Shown: positions 13,655 through 27,249, counted from the first letter of the stretch. The stretch is DNA of 64,000 nucleotides from Callorhinchus milii (GCF_018977255.1 NW_024704743.1:58158001-58222000); one strand, 5' to 3'. Numbers and translations: made by a program. The notes: generated by a model from the sequence alone, not told the origin.

Positions 13655-13792
13655 ATTGGATAAACATTTGAAAAGGAACAATAGGGGGAAATCACAGCGT
13701 ATTGGGATTACAGGAGTTATCTCCAATGGAGGAGCGAGCACCATCATAGACTCAATGGGCCACATGACCTCCTCGTATACTGTAATTTCTAT
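13655..13792 (+). mobile_element. CR1 3' end
   Basis: ttggataaacatttgaaa...aatgggccacatgacctcctcgtatactgtaatttctat resembles the CR1 3' UTR. Confidence 0.65.
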
Positions 13793-14487
13793 TAGCTTGA
13801 AAATAAAATAGATTCATGACAGATGATTATTGCAGGTTTTGAAACTGTGAGTTGAATAGTTGACACATGGATGTAGCAGGAAAGTAGTTCCAATTCTTGC
13901 CGCTGATGTTATCGACGTGAAATGGAATGGAATAAATGTACCCATTTATTGTGTACTGACACTTAGGGAGCTTGTAATATCCCCTTAGCAATCATGCGAT
14001 TGCTCAGAAATTCATGGCACAACAGTTTCTACCATTTGTGGCAATTTACCTGCAATCTAAAATTTTCAGCCTGGGTCCTTGATGCATATGAAACTGGATT
14101 CCTCCAGCAATTTCAATAATGACATGAAACTATGAGAATGAAAAAAACACAGGAGGAAATTTTTCTTATGTTCTTTTGTACACACAGGCACCGACATCAC
14201 GATGAAGTTAAAAAGCAAAGGTTAATTGAAAAATGAGATAAACAAAGCCCTTCGAACATCTCAGAATAATTTTGCCTGGCAGCAGTGACAGACTACAATA
14301 TCAGTCCCTAAAACCTCCTCAGACCTGGGCGCAAGTGATAACAGCCAATGTTAATTGTCTTCCAGTTCCTTACAACTCATTTCAGACCAATTAAAAATTG
14401 AATATTCAGTCTATGTCATTTGCATTAATGCACTGCCACACAAAAATAGATTAGTGAGAAAGTCAGAATATTATTTTTGTTAACCAA

Positions 14488-14783
14488 GTCCTGTAATTTA
14501 GTGGTTGGAGCACTTACCTCGCAAGCGAGAGGAACTGGATTCGATTTCCAGGCAGTGCGAAACGTTGGGTAAGGTTGGACAAGGTTCCTTACTTCATATG
14601 CCTCTGTTCATTTAGCAGTAAGTAGGTTACATAATTTGGCCACTCAATCCACAACTGTTTGTGGGGCAATTGGTTGCCGCATTTTGCCCACAAATTCTGT
14701 GGAGTATATTCTGTGAAGTGCTTTGAGACATCTCAATGACGTGAAAATGTGCTATATAAAATGTAATTGTGTTGTTGTTGTTG
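14488..14783 (+). mobile_element. SINE copy with L2-type (TTG)n tail
   Basis: tRNA-like head ggattcgatttcc, same body as 12722, ends aaatgtaattgtgttgttgttgttg. Confidence 0.8.
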
Positions 14784-14894
14784 CAAGGAATATTATTTTA
14801 TGATAAAATGACAGAAGACACTCGCCAGCCTTTAGAGAATTCAAGTGCCTTTTTCTGTTTTTTTTTATCATTTTTCCTTCTTTTTCCTTCCTAA

Positions 14895-15122
14895 CCATCA
14901 GTGGCCAAGCCTTCAGATATAATCCCCAAATCTCTGGAACTCTACCTCCCTGTCTTGTACCCCTCTCTCTCTGTCTTTTAATCCTGCCTAAAAACCTACC
15001 TCTTTAATCACAGCTATGTTCATCTCCCTTTCTCCCTTCTCTCTTTCATGAGGTTCCCCCTTCACTGTGAAGCATTCTGTTATCCTACATGAAAGGCACT
15101 ATATAAATGTAATTTGTTGTTG
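14895..15122 (+). mobile_element. Old L2 3' fragment
   Basis: catcagtggccaagccttcag...ctctggaactc...aaaacctacctcttt; tail gaaaggcactatataaatgtaatttgttgtt. Confidence 0.7.
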
Positions 15123-15128
15123 CTACGT

Positions 15129-15493
15129 GTCCTGTATCTCAGTGATTAGAGCACACACCTCACAAGTGAGAAACCTGGGTTCGATTCCCGGCCAGGGCGA
15201 AATGTTGGGCAAGCTTCTTTCCTCCATGTGCCTCTATTTACCTAGCAATAAATAGGAACCTGGTTGTTAGTCAATTGGCAGATCACTTTTCCTGGGTAAT
15301 AATCCCTTAAAAAATAATAATAAAATAAATAATAATAATAAATTATCACTCAATCCATGACTGTTGTGAGACACTGCTGTGTGCAATTGGCTGCTACGTT
15401 TCACCCACAAAGTATACAGTCAATTCACTTTACAGTGTATTCTGTGAAACACTTTGAGACGTCTAGAAAACGTGATAAGGCGCTATATTATTA
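15129..15493 (+). mobile_element. tRNA-derived SINE, long form
   Basis: B box GGGTTCGATTCC; colinear with 12722-13097. Confidence 0.9.
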
Positions 15494-15835
15494 TTTGAAA
15501 GCAAAAGCAACAGCAATTACTTGAAAGCCAGAAAGCAAAACGAGGAACAAAAGCTCCAATTAGGCTTCCTATCCCTTTGAAAAACATCGCAAATTAGACC
15601 CACGAGATGATGTAACTTTCAGCAGGTTATTTGACTTAGACCATAAGTGTGGACCAGGTGCCAGGAACTCCCTGTGCACTTCCTGGTGAGCAACCCAGCT
15701 CAGCATGAAATGCTTCAGAGCATTGCCACAATCCTCCTGCTCACAGCTTGGACAGACATCCCTGCCCAGTGAGCAATGTTTCCATCAGTTGCAAGTGTGA
15801 AGCTTGAGCAGCAGTTGCTTGCCTCTGCATAAACA

Positions 15836-16230
15836 AAATTTTTGCATTTGATATTGTGCCTTTGATATCAAGAGGATGCTTCAAAGCAATTTATTGGATT
15901 TACTCTAGAGTGTAGTGACTGTAGAGTAGAGTGCATTTTGTAGGCAAATGTGGCAGCAAATTTGCACAAAGCAATATTCAACAAACAGCCATGAAGTGAG
16001 TGACCAATTTTATTTGGGGGTTTGTTGGCCAGCAAGAGGAGATACTCCTTTCTCTATTGGAATGGTGGTGTGAGATCTTTAATATCCATCTAAACAGACA
16101 GACGGGACTTGGAGGTTAACGTTTCATCCAAAGGACAGCACCTCCAACAGTGCAGCACACTGCCAGCACAGCAACGGAAAGTCATCATAGGAAATAGAAG
16201 TTTCACATTTTTATGTGGGCTTGAACCTCA
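15836..16230 (-). mobile_element. Old DeuSINE
   Basis: Colinear with 38690-39103. Confidence 0.75.
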
Positions 16231-17121
16231 ACTGATACAGGCTGACGCACAGGCTGATAAACATTAACAGAAAAGTATAAAAAGACATCGGGAAAGAGCT
16301 AGGGAGTGTGATTAATAATAAAAAGCAATTTAGAAAAACAGGTAGCAGTAGCACAATGGTTTTCTTCTCCGCTGAAAATTTCTATGAATGTGTTTTGATG
16401 CCTGGATTTTTTAAAAAAACCACTAAAGCCTGTTTGGGGGTTTTGGCATTAGAGTGGAGAATGATGAAGGACACCTTCTGACAAGCTGTCTTCTTCATGT
16501 TTGTTTACTGTAACCACATTGGACATTACCTGAAGCATTCACAAGCTTATATTGCAGCCTCAGTAAAGACTTACACCTAAATGCAGTAGATATTGTTACA
16601 ATTGCCTTCACTTGCCAGCCACAAAGGCGATAATAAATAACAATAAAAAGGGTTCACTTCAATGTATAGCTTTCCTCAGAGGAATACAAAATATGTAATG
16701 AAATCACTATAAAACATCAGTCACCTTTTGTGGCAATTGCGCCATTATAACAAATATTATGAATTTAATTCAAGAGCCATTAAGATATGCATCTGGATAG
16801 AGAAGTGAAAGAGGATTATGTTGGGAAGGTGATAGAATTATTGAACCTAAAGGACTTATTCTGTTTCCAAATTCTCACAAAATCACAAGGTAGGCTTTGA
16901 AGAAGACCTTTGATCACAAACTTCAAGAAAATCTGCCTACCTGTCTTCCCTTCACAGCATTAAACTGCTTCTTAAATAACTGCCAGGCCCTGGTCTCAAT
17001 TAGGCTCTTTAATAACCTGATAAAACTATCAATTACTCAGTGTAAAGAAACGGTTTGTGATTTAGCATAAATCTGCCCTTCCCAATCCTGTGTCTGTTAT
17101 TCTCCTCCTGCTGCCTTGTAT

Positions 17122-17403
17122 AATAATATAATAATAATAATCTTGCATTTGATGAAACGCATTATCAAGTTTTCGAGATGTCTCAAAGCACTTCACAGAA
17201 TATATTGTAAAGTGAATTGACTATATTTTGTGGGCAAAACATGGCAGCCAATTGCGCACAGCTGTGTCCCACAAACAGTTGTGGATTGTGTGACCAAATT
17301 ATTATTATTTATTTATTTTTTTGTGGGAGGGATTATTACCTGCCAATCGACTAACAACCTGGTTCCCAGTTACTGCTAGGTAACCAGAGGCATGTGGAGT
17401 AGG
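17122..17403 (-). mobile_element. SINE long form lacking head
   Basis: Reverse complement of body and tail of 15129-15493. Confidence 0.88.
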
Positions 17404-17635
17404 ATTTGAATCTAAACAGATAAGACATTATGTATAATAAAATAAATATTCAATTAACAATTTCTACTACTAAAGTCAGTTTTGTGAACCTTTCATAACT
17501 CAGAACCTTTATCCTGGAATTAATGCTGTTGCTTTCTTGTCTCTCCCCCTCCTCTATGATCAATGAGTATTTTCAAGGTATGAGGAATGCTGAAACAGTA
17601 CTGTACTGAATTCAAACTATACTGTACTAAACTCA

Positions 17636-17918
17636 CAGTGTTGAGATCTAATTTATGGGTTGGGTTAACAACTTGCGGGTTGAGTTAACCATGTGCAAAC
17701 ATGTGTGCAGAGGGAATTATCAGAGGCTTCATTTATGTAGTTAACAACCAATGACAAACATCTGTAGTGTTTCTGAAATCCTTATCATTGGCTAAGTAAG
17801 TAATTAATATAAAGGACATCAATAATTCCCTTTGTACCTATTATTTACATGTGGTTAACATAGACAAGCAAATTTCTCCATGGGTTGTTAACCCAGCCCG
17901 CATATTAGACCTCAGTAT
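17636..17918. repeat. ~280-bp imperfect palindrome, MITE-like
   Basis: Arms 17643-17672 and 17884-17913 match 25/30 as inverted repeats; inner segments also pair. Confidence 0.75.
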
Positions 17919-18339
17919 TACATATTTGATCTCAACAACCTCATCTGAAGTATAAACATGGTATTTTGTGGTGTTTCAATAGCTCCTTCTTATTTGTTAG
18001 GAATGGCACCACCATCAGTGGCTGAACTTTCAGATTCTACATTGCTAGCCTTTAGAATTCCATCTGCTTCTCCATCTCGTCACCTCTCTATCGCTTAAAC
18101 AGCAATTGTAAGCATCCTCCTGCTGTGAAAGGTGTTATATCAATATAAATTGTATTGTATTATTGCATTGTCTTCAAGTTCTAATTTGAAACCAACTTAT
18201 TTGATGGTGCCTATGGTCATCTAGCCCTTTCCCCTCCCCCATTCAGTGTGTACCCCCGTCATTATAAAGCGCTCCAAGACATTATTTTACATAAACGTCT
18301 TATATAAACCCAAGTTGTTATTATTGAATTGTTCAAATT

Positions 18340-18860
18340 GTGATGCCCAGAACAGACCCTGCAGATCATTGTGCTGCAGCACTTTTTCTGTTTGTTGCCA
18401 CTTGTCTCTATTGCCAGAACAATTTTCAATCTGATAAAATAATATATAATTAATTCATATGCCTTAATCTTGTCAATTTTATGAATAAGTTGAATTTTTC
18501 AAATGTCTTTTGGAAATCCAAGTAGATTGTATCCCCAGGTTTGGCATCCTTAACCAATTTTTGTCCCTTCTTAAAGAATTCCCGCCGGTTTGTGAGGTAT
18601 GATTTATTACTACTAAATCCATGCGGGCTAACATGGCTTCTATACTCTAGATGAACATTGATAGCTTCCTTTGAAATACTCTGTCAGTTTGCTTATTCCC
18701 AGGAAAGGCTAGTCTATAATTCCTCAATTCATTGACACAGTCCTTTTCTCAACATTAAGATAACATTCATCATCGTTCAGATCTAAAGTACATCAATAAT
18801 ATCCATGGAACTCACATACATATTAACCAAAGTCTCAGCTATTTCCTCTGCACATTTCAA
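18340..18860 (-). mobile_element. Decayed CR1 RT fragment
   Basis: Minus strand reads HGFSSNKSYLTN.REFFK...DTIYLDFQKTFEK, matching CR1 HGF..KSCLTNLLEFF / YLDFQKAFDKV. Confidence 0.8.
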
Positions 18861-18890
18861 TTTCCTTCATCAAGTTGTTGTATGATAAGG

Positions 18891-19197
18891 AGTCCTGGAG
18901 CTCAGTGGTTAGAGCACTCGCCATGCAAGCGAGAGACCTGGGCTTGATTCCCGGCAGGATGAAGCCTTGGGCAAGTTTCTTTACTCGACACATATTAATC
19001 CCTCAAGAAAAAAAACGTTAATAATTTGGTCACTCAATCCACGACTGTTTGTGGAGCACTGCTGTGCTCAATTGGCTGTCCCGTTTCACCCACAAAATAT
19101 ACAGTTGATTCACTTTACAGTATATTCTGTGAAGCGCTTTGAGATGTCTAGAAGGCATGAAAAGTGCTATATCAAATGCAAGGATTATTATTATTAT
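18891..19197 (+). mobile_element. tRNA-derived SINE, short form
   Basis: Head, Deu core and tail present; lacks the ~65-nt middle segment. Confidence 0.9.
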
Positions 19198-19932
19198 GAT
19201 ACTCAATTTTCAATAATCTTTATTTGCTTGCACCTTTAAAACTTCTTCTTGGCCTTTATGTTGTGTTCAACCTCTGTGTTCAGCTATTTTACTCTTGGGC
19301 TTGGTATGGTTCTCTTTTAGTTCATAAAAAATACTGTAGCTTTAAATTGACTTTTCTCAAAGGAGTTCTTTCTTTGCACATCAAAAATCCTGTTTATCCA
19401 TTCAATGATTGATCATTCATTTCATGATGTTGGGATATTTCTGCGCGCAAATTGGCTATTACGTTCACCTACAAATACACAATTGCTCCATTTTATATTA
19501 ATTCCTATGAAGCTTTTTAAGACGTCCCCCTGAAGTGATAGGTGCTACACCACATCAAAGGATTATTATGGATTATTGTAATGATTGTGATAATTAAATT
19601 AATGTTCTGCTACTAAGTGTAAAATAGATGCTTTGGAACTAGAGAGCACATTCCCCGTAGTAACTAATTTCTTTATGCCCCACTTGCTCTTTGCAGAGTG
19701 GAGCAGCATCTTTCATGGTGGTCCGTGAGAAGACCTATGATTAGACTTCACATGTGAATAAGTTAGGGTGGCAAAGCTCTCCATGCATGTGCACATGTGG
19801 ATGGATAGTGCCTGCCTCTCACTGTGAGTTCAATCATTTGAAATAGAGCAGTGGTAAAGCAGGCTGTCTGAGCTTTTTCTTCAAAGAGTATAATTAATAA
19901 ACACACTGGATCACAGCTTTACTGTATTTTGT

Positions 19933-20309
19933 TTAATAATCCTTGCATTCAATATAGCGCCCAGTCATGTCTTCAAGACTTCTCAAAGCGCTTCACAGAA
20001 TATACTGTAAAGTGAATTGGCTGTGTATTTTGTTGGGGAAACAAGGCAGCCAATTGCACCCAGCAGTGTCCCACAAACAGTCATGGATTGAGTGACCAAA
20101 TTATTATTATTTTAAAAAATGCATTCATTGTTTTGAAGAGATTATTAACCCCAGAAAAGCGATCCACAAATCGACTAACAACCAGGCTCCTACTTACTGC
20201 TGGGTAAGTAGAGACGTGTGGAGTAAGGAAACTTGCCCAACATTTCACTCTGCCTGGGAATCGAACCCAGGTCTTCTCATGTGCTCTAACCGCTAAGCTA
20301 CAGGACTCC
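19933..20309 (-). mobile_element. tRNA-derived SINE, long form
   Basis: Reverse complement colinear with 12722-13097. Confidence 0.9.
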
Positions 20310-20404
20310 ACAATTAATTATTTGCAATTAATAACCACTGCTCCCTGATGCTATTGCTATTCACGCTGAACATTAGATTTCTACTGAGTCTCTAGGTATG
20401 AAAC

Positions 20405-20586
20405 AATTGTTGTGTGACCCTCCAAGGAGAGAATGCACATTTTACTCCAGACACAGGGAAATTTCTACGTGTAAGTATCATGCACATGTAGAGCTCCCAA
20501 TCTGGATTGGATACTCTTAAGCAGGATGATGGGCTTCATGTGTCATGTGCCAATCATGTGTCACACACATGATTGACCCCCAAAAT
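20405..20586 (+). repeat. Unclassified repeat X, 3' fragment
   Basis: ctcttaagcaggatgatggg and gaccctccaaggagag shared with 56068-56660. Confidence 0.7.
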
Positions 20587-21239
20587 ATTTACCTCTTAAA
20601 GAACTGTAATCTTACTGTCTTGGACCTGCTCTGGAATATTGCCGGCAATGATGAATTAAAAATACAAATAAATACAATGGACAGTTTGCAACTTCTTTAA
20701 CATTAAAATGTTCTAGTTGAAGTGTAGAATGTTACAATAGTTGGAGAGAGGAGAAGAGAAAATTGAGATAAGTCAGGATCAAGTGCTTAGTTCCATATCT
20801 TGCACCACATTTGTTCCACAGAGGCCCAGAAAGGAGAACATTTCTTGGAAGATCTTGTCTTTAATTGCTGCAACAACTGTAACCTGAATTTATATAATGC
20901 TTTTCACGTAGAATGAACATCTGAAAGTGCTTTATATTGACCAGCAGGGAGAGAAGGAGGGGGTCTTTGACTGTTTTGACCAAATGGTCGAAGAGATGGT
21001 TTTGAAGGTGAAGAGAGTTTGGGAGAGAGTTCCAGGGGGCATGGATATAGTGACTAGTGGTTCAGCAACCAATAGTGGGATGGAGTGAGTGAGAAATAAG
21101 TAGGAGACAAAAGTTGGAAGAGCTTGATTATAATAATAATAATAATAATAATCCTTGCATTTGATATGGCACCTTATCACGTTGTTGAGAAGTTTCAAAG
21201 CTCCCTCTGCTTGACTAACTGAAACTTACTCAAGCTTAC

Positions 21240-21515
21240 TTCCCCCACGATCAGGCTTACCTCTCCCTCTATCAGTGGCAGAACCTTCCAATTCTATGTC
21301 CCTAATCTCTGGAACTTTCTCCCTCTTCCCATCCATCTCACCCCGTCTCTCTCTGTCTTGATGTCCCAGCTTAAAACCTACCTCGTCAACTATGCCTATC
21401 GTCACCTCTTCCTTCCTCCCTCTCCCTTGTCCCCTGCTTGGCATCTGTCCTATCACTGTGAAATATTCCAAGACATTATTTTATATGGAAGGGCATTGTA
21501 TGAAGATAAGTTGTT
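21240..21515 (+). mobile_element. Old L2 3' fragment
   Basis: atcagtggcagaaccttc...ctctggaac...cttaaaacctacctc. Confidence 0.6.
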
Positions 21516-23129
21516 ACTATATTGGTCTATCTAAACCTCTTACTCTGAGTCATTGAGAGATTTTACTGCATGGGGTGCTTCGGTGCGAATGTAAATTGCA
21601 CGTGCAACTCAAATCACTTCAAGAAATGGAAGCGTCAGGATCCTGCTTACAAATTATTAGGACATAACATGAATTATCAATATGGTTGACCTCCCTCCTC
21701 TCCTCCTCCAGGCAAATTCAAATAATTAGATGAGCCTTACTCAGTTGAGGGCTACTTTTCTAAGCCACGCATGACTGCTTCCACTTTGATTTATTCGTTT
21801 GCAATGCCATAAATTGTCATTTTGAACTTAAAATGTGCTGCAAATTCAGCTCTGCTGTTATTTACAAATGAAAAAAAAAGGTTCCACCAAGTTGAAAACT
21901 CAAGAGAATATGAGAAGAAGATTTTCATTTTTAAATACAGAAATGTGCCTTGTGTTGTACCCTGACAAGGCAGATTCTAATTTCATTGTATACTTAACAA
22001 GCTGAGGAAATAGATTTTATCCACTTTCGTCTTGGGATTTTGTCAATTCTTGCAGACATGAATCAATGGTACTCCAACTCACGAGAATGTGCTATTTGGC
22101 TGGTTTTGGCAGAGGAGCAGAGAGCAAACATATTATTGATTGATGCTTCACTCTTGGGGGTGGGGGGATTATATATCTGCTTGACCTGTGGTTTGTGTTT
22201 TTGTATTTATCAAAATAATGTTCTTATACATTCAAAATAAGAAAGGCATAAAAGACGTAAACAGCTTTACATAGAATATTCAGCCAATACATCACTCCAC
22301 AAGTAGAACATCGAAAGATATGCAAAAGGGAATATACCATATATACTAAACACATGTCTTTTACGGTAGATTAGAAAATAATCCTGCAATTTTGCAATAT
22401 CAATTCAAAGTATTCTTGTGTTTGGTTATTATTATACTAATAATAATCCTTACATTTGTTATAGCATCTTTCATGTCGGGAGGACATCTGAAAGTGCTTC
22501 ACAGGATATCCTATAAAGTGGAGTGACTGTGTGTTTTGTGGGCAAACACGGCAGTCAATTTGCACAAAGCAACATCCCATAAGCAGCCATGAAGTAGAAA
22601 TAAATAATATTAATATATGATTATTATAAAAATGGATAAAATAGTTTATCTCTTGGCTCAATCAAAATTTCTCTTGGCCATGTATCTCCAGCATGGATTA
22701 TCCCAGTACTTAACACTCAGTCACTCAACTCACTCACAAAGATCAGTGGCTGATACAGGCAGTGTCAAGGCAGTGCAATCCTCTGAAGTTGAAGGCTACA
22801 ACAACAACTATTTGCATTTATATAGCACCCTTCATGGAGGATAGCGTAACGAAGCACTGAGGTTTAAAAATGCCTGCTGTGTGGAATCAACCAATGCAGT
22901 CATGCACTCCTGGCAGTCAGCAGAAAATTGTTTTCTGGGGCTGTTAAATCTAATTTGTTTGTTATTATCATGAATTTGTATTTAGTATTCTGAATTAATC
23001 ACAGGTAGTAAGCATCACTACCCAAGTAGAAAAGCACCAATTAAAACTACAATTCATATGTGTATATGTGTGACAAATTAAGCCCAATGTTTATTTGCAT
23101 TTTGAGTCTCACTTTATCCAGGGTTTACT

Positions 23130-23357
23130 ATTAATATTGACCGCCATGACTGAGGGAACTCTCTCACTCAATCCCTCCGCCTGGCCCCCTCCCTGCCCAC
23201 TTTCAAATCCCACCTAAAGATCTTCCTTTTTGATCGTGCTTACGGTCACCTCCCTTTCCCTTTCTCCGTGGCTCAGTGTCAGACTCTGCCACTGTCAAGC
23301 ACTCTGGGACGTTACCTGTGTGAAGGGTGCTGTATAAAAGTGAGTTGTTGTTGTTGT
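23130..23357 (+). mobile_element. Old L2 3' fragment
   Basis: ttcaaatcccacctaaaga...tttgatcgtgct; tail gtgaagggtgct...gttgttgttg. Confidence 0.7.
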
Positions 23358-23809
23358 AATGTTGAACACAGATCTTCCACATACAGTGTGTTCTGAAAGT
23401 AATGTGAATTGGAGCAATATTGCAATTTATTAACAACAGCAACTTGCATTTGCATAAACTCCGGATAACTTGGGATAACTCAACACTGGCTTAACTAGTC
23501 ACTACCACTTAAGTTGCAAACTGTCAATATCCAACTCCTTCCATTGAGGATGTTAATAGGAGCCTCCACATTCCTTGTCATTCCGCCTCTCTGTAACTAG
23601 TCACATTCTAGAATTCTTGTAAGTACTTACAAGATTACATTACTCATCCTATAAGATGGTGTCCTGAGGCTCCCTACCCTATCCTGCGACTGGTGCTGGT
23701 GCTTGGCGGAGGTTGGGCGCCCATGCTCAGAGACATCGCAGAGGCTTCTGGTTTATTTGAGGGCCACGCCAAGGCCTCATTCCCCACCTCCCACCCTATC
23801 CTATGACAA

Positions 23810-24100
23810 GATAGAGGCGAGAGGGGAAGGGGAGGTGACCGTAGGCATGATCGAAGAGACAGGTCTTCAGGTGTGATCTGAAGACAGGCAAGCAGGCGGC
23901 AAGACAAGGATTGAGTCAAAGTTCCAAAGCTTCAAGGGTTAGTAGCTGAAGGCACGATCGCCGATGGTAGTGCGGAGGGGACGAGAGATTGTGCAGGAGG
24001 CCAGAGCCAGTTAAACAAAATAGATGGGAGGAAGAGTGGGGTGTAAATAGGTCAGAACAGTCGGGAAGTGATTGACTATGAGGGAAACACGCAAGAGCAT
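23810..24100 (-). mobile_element. Old L2 3' fragment
   Basis: Antisense gttccaaagc...gctgaaggcacgatcgccgatggt...aggccagagcc. Confidence 0.6.
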
Positions 24101-25664
24101 CTTGCTTCGGAAGCAATCCCTTGTGTTTTACAGATTAACTTCAATGAGTAATATTGTTTCCATTTGATATAGAGCCTTATCATGTCATTGAAATGTCTCA
24201 AAGCACTTCACAGGATTTTACAGTAAAGTGCAGTTATTGTGTATTTGTAGGCAATTAAATTACAATATACCTATACAAACTGCAAAGGATATTTCACAAA
24301 TGCAAGTGGCATTTTATCCAACTCTTTATCTAAGCCATCTGTATGTATGTACATTTTCTATGAATCTTTGATAAAAAGGAAAGTCCATGAAATGNTTTTT
24401 GTCCAGCATAGAATCAAATAGCTATGCACAAACAGCAACAAAAACAAACATTAAGATGTGGCCTTTCATATATATTGACAGTAAATAGACAAATATTAGC
24501 TGGAGTAGAAGATGACATAAAGATATATTTCACCTTTGACAAAATATTTTTGAATTTTGAGAATAACTGGGATTTTACTATAAAGTGTTATCACTGTATT
24601 TTGTAGGCAAACATGGCAGTCAATTTGCACAAAGCAATGACCCACCATCAGCCATGAAGTGAATGACCAATTTTATCTGAGGGATTGTTCGTCAGGACAT
24701 CAGGAGAAACTCCCTTTTTTTTTTAGTTGTGCCTTTGGATCTCCTTTATTTCAACCTACTTGGACTCTCTTCAACACTCTGGCCAGTCCCTTTCCCAGAA
24801 ACCTTTTATGCTTCCTGCTTGCTTCTCATTGGTAAATGTTCAATTACCAATTTAGCTTTAAAGCAATATGCAACAAGGTTCTTCTCAATCAAATATTTGA
24901 TTCAGTGTGTGGTAGGTGCTGCTGTGGATTGAAATAGTTGGAACCTAAGTCTGTTTACCTTTTACTCTGGAATTAATTCTGCTTAAATTGTCAGAAAGAC
25001 TAGAAAGACAGAAAGATTGATCCATCTTAATCACAAGAATTGATTGACACGTGATTTCCCATTCTCGTCATGTATTGCTAAAGGTAGTAAATGTAGCTTT
25101 GAATGGAATGTTTACCCCAGTGTTTTTGAACTGCTGTTGGGTACAGCTCAGACTTGAGTCGTGAAAATGTAGGAGATGGAAGCAGTTTTTGCTTTATACT
25201 TTTAAACTTCAGGTAATGTCCATACAATACAAGACCCAAACCCGCCTGAAGGTTGCTATACAAATGCAAGTTGTTCTAGTTGTATAATACAATACAAATT
25301 ACATTCATACAGCGACTTTGACATTGTACATAGATGATTTGTTTGTATTGAACAGCACTGCTGGCGTGTATCAAAAATGCTACCAACAGTAGCCACAGCG
25401 AAGGTCCTGCTCCAGGCTGATAGTTTATGGTTAGATGGATTTATGAAAAAGTAAAGAGAAGTAAAACTTTAATTGAAAAAGGGCTGAATGGGAAACAGCA
25501 GCTTTTAGAAAGAGAGATGAAGATCATCTAGATTCAATCTTTGCATTTTTCTCCAATGATTGCCCCAAAAGCTTATTTTGCAGTTCTTGAAGACTAGATG
25601 GCTGTGAAGTGTATGTCGCTGTCTCAGCTCCATGTCCGAACCTTTAGGTGTCAGAATTGTTAAC

Positions 25665-25945
25665 CATAGGAACATAGGAACATAAGTAAGCCATTCAGCC
25701 CTCGAGCCTGTTACACCATTCTATTGGATCATGGCTGATCTGTACCTCAAATCCACATACCTGCCTTTGTCCCATATCTCTTGATACCCTGACCTAACAA
25801 AAATCTATCCATCACAGTCTTAAAAAATTGAATGAATCTGACATCCACAGTCTTTTGGGGGAGAGAGTTCCAGATTTCCACAGCCTTTTGCATGAAAAAA
25901 TGTATCCTGATTTCACTCATGAATGTGCTAGCCCTAATTTTAAGC
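25665..25945 (-). mobile_element. CR1 3' end
   Basis: Translates as EIRIHFFMQKAVEIWNSLPQKTV..FKTVMDRFL; (cataggaa)n tail. Confidence 0.88.
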
Positions 25946-27249
25946 TCTCTTTTTCTGGATTCATAAACAAACTGAAAGGACATTTCCACTTCATATAATC
26001 TTATAAACTGAACTCGCAAACAAAACAGGATGATCAAGTAATCAAGTGCAAATGTTGTTTCATGATCACTTGGCTTCATACAGTAAAGGACTCACTCGCT
26101 TCCACAACTACCTTTCGTTTGAGCAGGATACTATTTTGGTATCATCCAGAGAATTCTGCAATCAAAACCTTTAAAGTGGTGGAACTGCCTGTGGTGATTT
26201 AACAATTCCAGCAAATTTGTCAGCCTTGAGTACATACATTGACCATACAGAGCTGTGTTTTCTTTTAATTCCTTTCCAGACCCTTTGCCTTTGCTTTCAC
26301 TTATTTCATAACAGTATGTATATACTAGTTACCCCTTCTTCCAGTGTGATGTCTTGTCTGTAAACAAGGATTTAATTATTGTTTGCAGACAATAAACAAG
26401 AAAAAATAGGAGGTTTGAGAAAGTGACCAGAGAAACAATTTGAAACACCTTGAGTGATGACTAAATTCTGGATTTTCCTAAAACCTTGGCATAATTCCAT
26501 TACATAAAGTAATAAATAACAAGCTATCTGCCTGAAAGCTACCATGTGTTGATATGTATGTGCTGTATCTACACTGAGCTTTAATCAAACCAAACTCCTC
26601 TTTGTCCTCTAATACATTTCTCCATCTTGTCCACAGACTTTTTCTGTGGCCAAGATGTAGTTAATGTGGGTAATGTAGTTTGACTCTTAAATGTGAATTT
26701 TAATTTAGCTTTGCAGGTGCCAATGGGCTCTTGTTTTATTTCAGGAAGAGTATCCGACAGCATGGTACAAAGCTTTAGTAAATAAACTGGCTATCAAGGA
26801 CAAGTTATGTCACTATGTCACTTAGTAAATTATTAAGAACTCACAGGATCACAAAAGTTTGGAAAGAAGAAAACTCCTCAGCCCATCTGATCTGATCTTT
26901 CCAAACATCAATTTTAAGTACTCCAAGACACTGCCACGTGTGAAGGGTGCTATATAAAAGTAAGTTGTTGCAGTTGTTGTACTGACCTCCTATCACTGAA
27001 TCAAGATGTTCTTTACATGAGTCCATGATAATGTGTGGTGAAATAATAATGACAGTCAATCTGTAAAATGTGGTGCGAATGTATTTGTAGGCAAATGTAG
27101 TCTCGAAATTGAGCACCAGTTAGCACTGAACTCAACAACAAAAAAATTGTTACTTTGATAGTTCATGGGGTTTTAGCCCTTATGATGGAGTCAGGGGGAG
27201 GGGATCACACATGCCAACCGGTCAATGTCTTTAGTTATTAATGTGATAA

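Noticed and set aside
14189..14237. Candidate micro-exon (HRHHDEVKKQRLIEK); similar candidates at 19697, 26096, 36888, 50836 and 55415
   Set aside because: Splice-like signals occur by chance in AT-rich DNA and no consistent chain or known protein results
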